Below the pieces are notes generated by a model, which was not told the origin of the DNA, made no database searches, and saw only the letters and a program-made list of their open reading frames with translations. Shown here in pieces: positions 1-7,028 of a stretch of 33,150 bases of DNA. Source of the stretch: an uncultured Ruminococcus sp. (GTDB taxonomy: Bacteria > Bacillota > Clostridia > Oscillospirales > CAG-272). The position numbers and the translations under genes are program-made. The DNA lies in the NCBI GenBank assembly GCA_964461155.1, contig CAYWTG010000002.1, forward strand, positions 1-33,150. Direction: 5' to 3'. Each line of letters starts with the position of its first letter. Within the stretch, counting starts at the first letter, position 1.

Positions 1-60
1 TTTCGCCGCGCCCATCGTATGAAAACAGGTCAAACGACCCGCGCGGAAAGTGCACTTACG

Positions 61-100
61 AAAACATCCGTAAACCCTCGATAATAAGGATTTACGGATG
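61..100 (-). terminator. Rho-independent terminator downstream of the tRNA pair
   Basis: 10-bp inverted repeat CATCCGTAAA (65-74) / TTTACGGATG (91-100). On the minus strand the stem is followed by a U-run (61-64). Confidence 0.6.
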
Positions 101-107
101 AGTTTAT

Positions 108-180
<73 letters not shown>

Positions 181-204
181 ATATTAAACTTCAGAGAGAA
201 ACAA

Positions 205-288
205 TGCCGGTGACCGGGCTCGAACCGGTACGGGATCGCTCCCACGGGATTTTAAGTCCCGGGCGTCTGCCTGTTCCGCCACACCGGC
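205..288 (-). tRNA. tRNA-Leu (anticodon UAA), class II with long variable arm
   Basis: Reverse complement reads GCCGGTGTGGCGGAACAGGCAGACGCCCGGGACTTAAAATCCCGTGGGAGCGATCCCGTACCGGTTCGAGCCCGGTCACCGGCA. The anticodon loop is CTTAAAA, there is an extra arm, and the T-arm is GGTTCGAGCC. Confidence 0.9.
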
Positions 289-322
289 ACATCAGGTTAG
301 CCGCTCTCTCGAATGCCTATAT

Positions 323-351
323 ATTATATCAGATTTCGCCCGCCTTGTCAA
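323..351 (-). promoter_or_regulatory. Sigma-A-type promoter for the tRNA-Leu/tRNA-fMet transcript
   Basis: Minus strand reads TTGACA (351-346), a 17-nt spacer, then TATAAT (328-323), about 35 nt upstream of the tRNA-Leu 5' end. Confidence 0.65.
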
Positions 352-413
352 TACCTTTTCTGAGTTTTTTTGATTTTTCGCTCATGTTGCGAAATATTCT
401 TCCGTCAGACGCG

Positions 414-441
414 AAAAGGACCCCGCTCGGAGTCCTTTTTT
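414..441. terminator. Bidirectional hairpin terminator after the 456..1280 CDS
   Basis: AAAAGGAC (414-421) pairs with GTCCTTTT (432-439). A-run and T-run flanks give a U-tail on either strand. Confidence 0.55.
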
Positions 442-455
442 CGTCAAATAGTGTC

Positions 456-1280
456 TTACAGGTCGTAGCGATAGCTTGCGTTTTCTTTCTTCGTCTCGCC
501 GTTTTCGTCTGTGAATTTTTCGGAAGCGGTTACGGTCAGATACCAACCGTCGTCGTCACGATTAAGGAGAACATTTTCCATGTAGAAGCTAACGAAGCTG
601 TCCCCGCGCTTTTCCATGGACTGTGCCTTTGCCGCATCGCGAACGATCTTTTCGTTTATTCCGCTAAGAAGCGATTCATCGAACTCGACTGCCGTATCGT
701 AGCCCACCATGGCAACGCCCATGATCTGTCCGTCTATGCTAACGGTCGCCGACATTCTTGCCGCCGAAACAAATCCGTTTTCACCATAGGCTTTGCGGAA
801 AGACGTATAATATGAGCCTCCTGCGGAATCATACGTCGTATAGTTATAGTCGAACTCGTCTGCACGATCACCGAAATATTTTCGTGTCGCCTCATATGCC
901 AAGGTATTCGCCGCATCTTCGCCGATATTTGTCTCAAGCTCTTCGGGATTCGGGCAATACGAACTGATATAGCCGACGAAAGCACCGTTTAAGTCAAAGA
1001 GATACTCGCTTCCATCCGCATCGACATACACATCGCGGCTCGACTCTCCGTACATTAAAGTTTTGCTGTACGTAAGGTAAGCGACTTTGCCGTCAGACAT
1101 ATTGAGCGTTTTGGATTCTTCTGCCGCCTCGTTTATGCCGAAAAGCGAATTTACGGTGCCGTTCGCATTAAGTGCTTCATTTTGAGCATCGTCTGTCAAA
1201 GCGTTTCCAAACGCAAAACTGCAAATCGCAAATGTTGCCGCAAGTGCCGCTGCTACCGGAACTATGATTTTTGCTTTCAT
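456..1280 (-). CDS. Secreted hypothetical protein (signal peptide, no recognised catalytic motif)
   Basis: ORF-track 456..1295. I prefer the ATG at 1280 (MKAKIIVPVAAALAATFAICSFAFG...) because GAGGT lies 8 nt upstream and the upstream ATG sits inside that RBS. It has a hydrophobic N-terminal signal sequence and starts 19 nt after the stop of the preceding gene. Confidence 0.7.
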   Translation of the reverse strand: MKAKIIVPVAAALAATFAICSFAFGNALTDDAQNEALNANGTVNSLFGINEAAEESKTLNMSDGKVAYLTYSKTLMYGESSRDVYVDADGSEYLFDLNGAFVGYISSYCPNPEELETNIGEDAANTLAYEATRKYFGDRADEFDYNYTTYDSAGGSYYTSFRKAYGENGFVSAARMSATVSIDGQIMGVAMVGYDTAVEFDESLLSGINEKIVRDAAKAQSMEKRGDSFVSFYMENVLLNRDDDGWYLTVTASEKFTDENGETKKENASYRYDL

Positions 1281-1299
1281 TTTATTATACCTCATTTAG

Positions 1300-1929
1300 T
1301 TAATAATTTATATCAAGAACGAGAGACGGCAAATGACTGCTTCCCCACTCTTGGTATGTGACTTTATAAATAGCATCCTCATCTTGAATGATCGTTTTCA
1401 TGTATTCATTTGCTTGATTACGCGCCTGAAGCACGTTTCGTCCCGAACAATATGCAAAGAATGCATCAAGCCAAAGGCTCATACTATTCATATCCACATT
1501 AGTCATCCAACCGATAGCAATGTATGCTCCTTTCTTTCGCGCCTGATCAACGAGAGAACCGTATGAGTTAGTATTGCCACCGGTATTCGGACCCGCAAAG
1601 ATTATCAAATCGGTTTGCGCAAGTGGCTCTCCGCTGAATGTCGACAATGCTTTATCCTTTGAAGTCATGTCGGAGTTTTCGAGAGCATACAGTCTCGAGC
1701 CGTTATGAAGCGTAACATAACCGTCATCACACTTTTCAAGATACAGCACCATTATGTCAGTGTTGGGCAGTACGCTGTATACATCGGAAGCTGTATTGTT
1801 AAGATAATCACCGTTAGGATAAAACCCGAGTCCCGTTAACCTTGGCGAACACAAGTCGTAGACAGGTGACACATAGCCCGAACCGGATGTGTACTTTGAG
1901 TTGCAAGTAAATATCTTAGTACCACGCAC
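1300..1929 (-). CDS. Hypothetical protein, or the downstream segment of a TGA-interrupted ORF
   Basis: The 209-codon ORF in the track begins at a GTG with no Shine-Dalgarno. The same frame is open upstream to 1971 and is continuous with ORF 1972..2373 apart from one TGA (1972-1974). No family recognised. Confidence 0.5.
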   Translation of the reverse strand: MRGTKIFTCNSKYTSGSGYVSPVYDLCSPRLTGLGFYPNGDYLNNTASDVYSVLPNTDIMVLYLEKCDDGYVTLHNGSRLYALENSDMTSKDKALSTFSGEPLAQTDLIIFAGPNTGGNTNSYGSLVDQARKKGAYIAIGWMTNVDMNSMSLWLDAFFAYCSGRNVLQARNQANEYMKTIIQDEDAIYKVTYQEWGSSHLPSLVLDINY

Positions 1930-1971
1930 ATCATAGTTTTTGACTCTTAGCTTATAGTAAGAGCTTGACGT

Positions 1972-2373
1972 TCAGCTTTTCTGAACGATTTTAATGTAGT
2001 ATGTCGCATTAGCCTTTACATGACATCTTGCCAACTCATAGCGATTAGATGTACGAACGCCCTGAACGATCTGCGTTGTTCCGTCTGATTTGTATACGTG
2101 CATATCGAAGTTACAACCGGACGGAATGTTTCCGAGCCAAAAGTTCGCCATACCGGAAGACGAAAACGATATTTTCCACCAATCTACGTCACCCTCTGTT
2201 GTCATAGTACCGTAGTTATCGTAATCATCATACGTTCTGTCGGCTGTTGCATATGTGTTGTTGCTCTCTACCTCATATTTTGTTCCGGCGGCTGAATCCA
2301 CGGGGAACACAAAAAGCGGCAGTATGGCAGTCAATGTCAAAAGCAGTGACAGCAACTTATATTTAATTTTCAT
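1972..2373 (-). CDS. Secreted protein with a pre-peptidase C-terminal (PPC)-like beta-sandwich domain
   Basis: Signal peptide MKIKYKLLSLLLTLTAILPLFVFPVDSAAG. The ESNNTYATA...GDVDWWK...Y.IKI pattern is typical of bacterial PPC/collagenase-type domains. RBS GAAAGGAAC precedes the ATG at 2373. Confidence 0.6.
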   Translation of the reverse strand: MKIKYKLLSLLLTLTAILPLFVFPVDSAAGTKYEVESNNTYATADRTYDDYDNYGTMTTEGDVDWWKISFSSSGMANFWLGNIPSGCNFDMHVYKSDGTTQIVQGVRTSNRYELARCHVKANATYYIKIVQKS

Positions 2374-2599
2374 AGTTGTTCCTTTCTCGGCATAAAAGCC
2401 GAGTACACTTTTGAAAGCAAAACGGCTTAAAGGGGCACAGCGTCGTCACTTTCATCCGACCGGCCGTACCCCTTTATAAGATTCCCGATCCAAATCTGCG
2501 CGGGAACATAGAGTCGTGCCGCCGAGTTAATTTACCGAACATTTCGGGATAATATTCCATTTTCGCATCCGCCTTTTCATGGGAGATACCTACATTCAT

Positions 2600-2628
2600 A
2601 TTTTATCACCTCGTATTCCGTTTGTCAA
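2600..2628 (-). promoter_or_regulatory. Sigma-A-type promoter driving the 2373..456 cluster through a ~220-nt leader
   Basis: Minus strand reads TTGACA (2628-2623), a 17-nt spacer, then TAAAAT (2605-2600). Confidence 0.55.
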
Positions 2629-2769
2629 CAGTTTTTTCACTTTGCAAAACTTTTTTTCTTTGCAAAATGCAATAACAGATTTAATTTTAAACTATTCTGC
2701 TTTCCGTCTCGCCGCCCATGCCGAAAAGGCTCGTTTTCACGCTCAAATGTAAACTCGCGCCCGCCGTAC

Positions 2770-2798
2770 TTGACAGGACAACGTATTTGTGGTACACT
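2770..2798 (+). promoter_or_regulatory. Sigma-A-type promoter for the PrsA-like gene
   Basis: TTGACA (2770-2775), a 17-nt spacer ending in TGG (extended -10), then TACACT (2793-2798). Confidence 0.6.
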
Positions 2799-2831
2799 TT
2801 CATTAATAATATTTGAAAGGGCTTTATCTAT

Positions 2832-4340
2832 ATGAAAACGAAGCTTACAGCAATTTTCTTGGCACTCGTTCTCGCCTCTGCCTCCCTTGTCTCCTGTGCC
2901 GACTCCGAAGCACCGGACGCCTCGGTCACAGACACCTCATCCGAGAGCGAAAGCACATCCGAATCGGGTGCAGAGAGCTCATTTGTCCCCGAAGACGACC
3001 CGAACGCCGAGGCCGTTTCCGTCAAAAGCGCGAACTACTCCCTCTCGAACGCGGACATGGCGTATCTTTTCCAAAACCAGTATCAGAATCTTCTCTACTC
3101 TATTTCGCAAAACGGTATGTCCCTCTCAAGCATCTCGCTTGACACCAACGCTTCTCTGAAAGATCAGGAGTGTCCCGTAGACGAGTCCTCCGACACGTGG
3201 TTCGACTACTTTTTGAAGAGCACAAAATCCGAGGCCGAGCAGCTTTTGGCTCTCTGTGAGGCGGCGCGCGCCGCGGGCATCGATGTGAGCGAAGAGGCAA
3301 ATACTCTCGCCGACACGACCATCGCCGAGATAAAAGAGTATGCCGAGCAAAACGAGTACACGCTTGAGGAATATATAAAACTCATGTTCGGCTCGTCCGT
3401 CACGGAAGACACCGTGCGTCATATGCTCACGCTCAGCACGACCGCATCCGCATATATCGAGTCGCGCCTTACGAAAGTCGACCTCTCCGACGCCGCTCTT
3501 GAAGCCGCATACGAGAAAAACAAATACAACTACGAAACCGTAGACTACGTCACTTTCGCGTTCGACGTTGACGACCTTGTCGACGAAGATGCAAGCGAAA
3601 GCGAGAGAGCCGACGCGACGTCTCGCGTAAACAAATACGCCGCGGAGCTTTCAAAGTGCCGTGACCGCGACAGCTTCCTCGCATACGCAAAGCGCAATAT
3701 GGTCGATGTTCTCGGCCTTACCGAGAGCGAAGCGGCAAGCGCGGAAAAGCAACTCATCAGCGAGGGAGTGAAGTATTCCTCGACAAGTGAGCTTACAAAG
3801 TGGGCGTTCTCGGCCGACATCGGCGACATTTACACGGAAGAAACACCCGGCGAGCCCGGTCTCATCACGATATATCTGCTCACCGCGAAGAATCCCAGAA
3901 GCGAAAGCGTGACAAAGTGCAACGTGCGTCATATACTCTTCCTCGCGGATGACTACGATGACGACACAAAGGTTCGCGAAGTATATGACAGCTGGGTCGC
4001 AAACGGCGCGGATGTCGACGAGTTCATCGAGCTTGTCGGTGAGTACTCCGGAGATCCCGGCTCCGTCGACAACGGCGGCCTTTACGAGGGAGTTGCAGTC
4101 GGCGAAATGGTCGACGAGTTTAACGACTGGATCTTCGACGCATCGAGAGCGCACGGAGATCACGGCATCGTGGAAACTTCCTACGGCTGGCACATAATGT
4201 ACTACGAAGAAGGCTTTGCCGAGTGGAAGTACGATATGCGTGAGGAGCTTTTAAACAACGAATACTCGGCTATATCGAGTGAGATAAAAGACACCGAGAT
4301 CACGTTCGACGAAGACCTTCTCGCGACTCTCCCCGCATAA
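2832..4340 (+). CDS. prsA: Peptidyl-prolyl cis-trans isomerase lipoprotein, PrsA/parvulin-like foldase
   Basis: Lipoprotein signal with lipobox LVSC (MKTKLTAIFLALVLASASLVSCADS). The C-terminal parvulin domain reads NVRHILF...GGLYEGVAVGEMVDEFNDWIF...GWHIMYY. A Ser/Glu-rich linker follows the lipobox. Confidence 0.8.
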   Translation: MKTKLTAIFLALVLASASLVSCADSEAPDASVTDTSSESESTSESGAESSFVPEDDPNAEAVSVKSANYSLSNADMAYLFQNQYQNLLYSISQNGMSLSSISLDTNASLKDQECPVDESSDTWFDYFLKSTKSEAEQLLALCEAARAAGIDVSEEANTLADTTIAEIKEYAEQNEYTLEEYIKLMFGSSVTEDTVRHMLTLSTTASAYIESRLTKVDLSDAALEAAYEKNKYNYETVDYVTFAFDVDDLVDEDASESERADATSRVNKYAAELSKCRDRDSFLAYAKRNMVDVLGLTESEAASAEKQLISEGVKYSSTSELTKWAFSADIGDIYTEETPGEPGLITIYLLTAKNPRSESVTKCNVRHILFLADDYDDDTKVREVYDSWVANGADVDEFIELVGEYSGDPGSVDNGGLYEGVAVGEMVDEFNDWIFDASRAHGDHGIVETSYGWHIMYYEEGFAEWKYDMREELLNNEYSAISSEIKDTEITFDEDLLATLPA

Positions 4341-4416
4341 TAGGCAAAAAAGAATCACCCGCAGGCGAAGTGAACCAAAGGTTTCGGCAGAAATTAAATA
4401 TTAAATTGCTTGCAAA

Positions 4417-4450
4417 TGAGCTCGGTACCGTACCGGGCTCATTCCTTTTT
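4417..4450 (+). terminator. Rho-independent terminator of the PrsA-like gene
   Basis: GAGCTCGGTA (4418-4427) pairs with TACCGGGCTC (4431-4440, one G-U pair), followed by ATTCCTTTTT. Confidence 0.6.
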
Positions 4451-4577
4451 GCTTTAAGAAAACCTTACATTATTTATAATCAAAATACTCTTTTTGGCGG
4501 ATTGATTTTTTTGCTGTCAAACCCGACCGTGAAATTCACTATCTAAAATCACGCGTGAAAAAGTCACACCGTATTCA

Positions 4578-4606
4578 TTGACAACAGCGGGAAGATATAG
4601 TATAAT
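4578..4606 (+). promoter_or_regulatory. Sigma-A-type promoter for yicC and downstream genes
   Basis: Consensus TTGACA (4578-4583), a 17-nt spacer, then TATAAT (4601-4606). Confidence 0.7.
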
Positions 4607-4688
4607 ATATATTAAATATATTGTGGTGAATTATCGCTTCACGACAGACAGCTGCGATATTTTACCCACGAAAGGATATTAAATTTTA

Positions 4689-5582
4689 ATGATCAGAAGC
4701 ATGACCGCCTTCGGCCGCTCAAAATCGCTTTCGGAGCGTGGCGACCGAGACATAACCGCAGAAATAAAAAGCGTCAATAACCGCTTTCTCGACTGCTCGG
4801 TCAGGCTGCCCCGTGCGTTCGGCTATCTCGAAGAAAAAGTAAAAGCGTACATCTCCGAGAGAGGCATCACACGCGGAAAGGTCGAGGTATCGATCAACGT
4901 CGATATTATAGAGCAGACAGGCACCGAGCTCGTGCTCGACCGTGCCGCCGCAGAATCATATATCACAGCACTTCGCGCACTCTGTGACGAGTTCGGCCTT
5001 AAGGACGACATCTCCGTCATGACCGTTGCGCAGAAATCCGATCTTTTCCGCGTCAAAAAGCCCGACGAGGATGCCGAACGCGACTGGCAGGACGTCAAAG
5101 CAGTGCTCTCCCGCGCACTCGACGCTTTCATCGAAGCCCGCGAGCGTGAGGGCGAAGCTCTCGGTCGCGACATCCGCGCAAAGATCGACGGAATACGCGC
5201 TCTTGTTGCGCATATCAAGGAGCTTTCCGAGGGAAACATCGCAAAATATCCCGCAAAGCTCGAAAACCGCATAAAACAGCTTCTTGACGATTTCGACGTC
5301 GAGATCTCCGAACAGCGCATCCTCACCGAAGCGGCGATATTTGCCGACAAGGCCTCCGTCGATGAGGAGCTCGTCCGCCTTTCTTCGCATTTCGACGCGT
5401 TCGAGGAGATCCTCGCTTCCCCCGAAAACTCGGGACGCAAGCTCGATTTCCTGCTCCAAGAGATCAACCGCGAGGCAAACACCATCGCCTCGAAATCTCA
5501 GGATATGGAGATCGCTCGCACGGTCGTCGACATAAAGGCGGAGCTTGAAAAGATCCGCGAACAGATCCAGAACATCGAATAA
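4689..5582 (+). CDS. yicC: YicC-family stress-induced protein / endoribonuclease (YloC-like)
   Basis: N-terminus MIRSMTAFGR and C-terminal DUF1732 signature LDFLLQEINREANTIASKS. It sits in the canonical position upstream of remA-gmk-rpoZ. Confidence 0.9.
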   Translation: MIRSMTAFGRSKSLSERGDRDITAEIKSVNNRFLDCSVRLPRAFGYLEEKVKAYISERGITRGKVEVSINVDIIEQTGTELVLDRAAAESYITALRALCDEFGLKDDISVMTVAQKSDLFRVKKPDEDAERDWQDVKAVLSRALDAFIEAREREGEALGRDIRAKIDGIRALVAHIKELSEGNIAKYPAKLENRIKQLLDDFDVEISEQRILTEAAIFADKASVDEELVRLSSHFDAFEEILASPENSGRKLDFLLQEINREANTIASKSQDMEIARTVVDIKAELEKIREQIQNIE

Positions 5583-5603
5583 GGGACAAAAACTTTGGCA
5601 GCT

Positions 5604-5864
5604 ATGAGATTTATTAATGTAGGCTTCAACAATATGCTGAACGCCTCTCGCGTCATCGCGCTCGTCTAATCGGACTCCGCTCCGTCAAAGCGTCTGATAC
5701 AGGACGCCAAAGACTCGGGCAGAGCCGTCGACTGCACCTGCGGCAGAAAGACGCGCTGTGTCATCATAACGGACAGCGATCACGTGATACTCTCCGCGCT
5801 CCAGTCGGAGACGGTAGCGTCGCGGCTTAACGGAAGCGACGACGAAGATGAACGGGAAGATTAG
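5604..5864 (+). pseudogene. remA: remA/DUF370 (YlzA-like) homologue with an in-frame TAA at codon 22
   Basis: Translation is MRFINVGFNNMLNASRVIALV[68 protein letters not shown]. Both halves match the RemA family ([26 protein letters not shown]). The TAA is at 5667-5669 and the reading frame is unchanged across it. Confidence 0.7.
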
Positions 5865-5882
5865 TCATTGGAGGCAAGACTT

Positions 5883-6497
5883 ATGAATAAGGGACTTATT
5901 TTTGTTATCTCCGGCCCCGCCGGAAGCGGTAAGGGCACCGTCGTGTCCGCTCTGCGCTCGATGCTCCCCGATATCGGTTTTTCCGTGTCGGCGACGACCC
6001 GCGCGCCGCGCCCGGGAGAGGCTGACGGAGTGAACTATCACTTTATTTCGCGCGAACGCTTTTGTGAGCTTCTTGAGCACGGTGAGGTGCTCGAGCACAC
6101 CGAATACTGCGGAAATCTCTACGGAACGCTGAAAAGCGAGGCCGAACGCGTCATCGGCGAGGGCCGCGACATCATCCTCGAGATTGAGGTCGAGGGCGCG
6201 CTCCAGGTAAAGCGTCTGATGCCCGAGGACACGGTCACGGTGATGCTCATCGCTCCCGACAGAAGCGAGCTCGAACGTCGCCTGCGCGGACGCGGAACCG
6301 AAAGCGACGATGTCATCGCAAAAAGGCTTCAGCGCGCGGTCTCCGAAGTCGCTCTTGCCGAAAAGTATGACTATGTCGTGATAAATGAAACGGGCAAGAT
6401 CGACGAATGCGCCGAAAAGCTCTCGGCAATAGTCAGCGCGGAGCACTCGCGCTACAGCCGCATGAAGCCCACGGTCGATTCCTACTCGGCAAATTAA
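5883..6497 (+). CDS. gmk: Guanylate kinase
   Basis: P-loop GPAGSGKGT, then SATTRAPRPGE..G..Y.F. I prefer the ATG at 5883 (GGAGG 8 nt upstream) over the TTG at 5868 used by the ORF track. Confidence 0.93.
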   Translation: MNKGLIFVISGPAGSGKGTVVSALRSMLPDIGFSVSATTRAPRPGEADGVNYHFISRERFCELLEHGEVLEHTEYCGNLYGTLKSEAERVIGEGRDIILEIEVEGALQVKRLMPEDTVTVMLIAPDRSELERRLRGRGTESDDVIAKRLQRAVSEVALAEKYDYVVINETGKIDECAEKLSAIVSAEHSRYSRMKPTVDSYSAN

Positions 6498-6555
6498 CGC
6501 CGATATTATATATTGTAATTTTACGATGCCGTACACGGCAGATTGGAGAATTGTT

Positions 6556-6987
6556 ATGGTAAAGCCGACACTCGCTCAGCTGATGGAAAAAGAAAACGTT
6601 AACCGCTACGCTCTCGTTGTTGCTACAGCAAAATGTGCCCGCGAGATCACCGACGAGTACATCCGTCAGAGAGAATATGTTGAAAAGAACGGCGGAAAGG
6701 ACGCTGACAAGAACGCTCTCTCCGTTATAAATCCCAAATACCGCGACGAAAAGGCGGTTCAGAACGCTATCGAAGAGCTCTACGACGACGAATATCGCAT
6801 CATAAAGGACACGCTCCCCGAGGGAATGGGTCGTGACTACGTTCGCCCCGAAGTTGACGAAGATGAGGCAGATGCGGAAGAGCTCGCCGAGGACGAGATC
6901 TCCGATGAGGCAGACACCGAGGAAGCCGAAGTCGAAGAAGACACAGACGCCGACGACGAGCCCGACGCTGACGCCGACGCCGAATAA
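6556..6987 (+). CDS. rpoZ: DNA-directed RNA polymerase subunit omega with a long acidic C-terminal tail
   Basis: MVKPTLAQLMEKENVNRYALVVATAKCAREI is a typical omega N-terminus. I prefer the ATG at 6556 (RBS TGGAGA upstream). It is located between gmk and priA. Confidence 0.85.
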   Translation: MVKPTLAQLMEKENVNRYALVVATAKCAREITDEYIRQREYVEKNGGKDADKNALSVINPKYRDEKAVQNAIEELYDDEYRIIKDTLPEGMGRDYVRPEVDEDEADAEELAEDEISDEADTEEAEVEEDTDADDEPDADADAE

Positions 6988-7028
6988 ATACACTCTGAAA
7001 TCATCACAGGAGAGGCAGGGTTAAGCCT

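Noticed and set aside
204-815. 203-aa plus-strand ORF
   Set aside because: It starts inside tRNA-Leu, runs through the tRNA promoter and a terminator hairpin, and is then antisense to the well-supported secreted-protein CDS. It has no RBS and its composition is unlike a real protein.
1944-1974. TGA plus downstream hairpin as a selenocysteine (SECIS) site
   Set aside because: The hairpin is only 6 bp and lacks a SECIS-like apical loop. The context (QKS-TGA-TSS) is not a redox motif. TGA is used as an ordinary stop by def, prkC and the YugP gene in this window.
5868-5882. TTG start (MEARL...) for gmk, and similar extended starts for rpoZ (6526), asnA (25659), the SLH protein (32016) and the 456..1295 ORF
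   Set aside because: The downstream ATGs have properly spaced Shine-Dalgarno sequences and give canonical N-termini (P-loop spacing, signal peptides). The extended starts lack an RBS.
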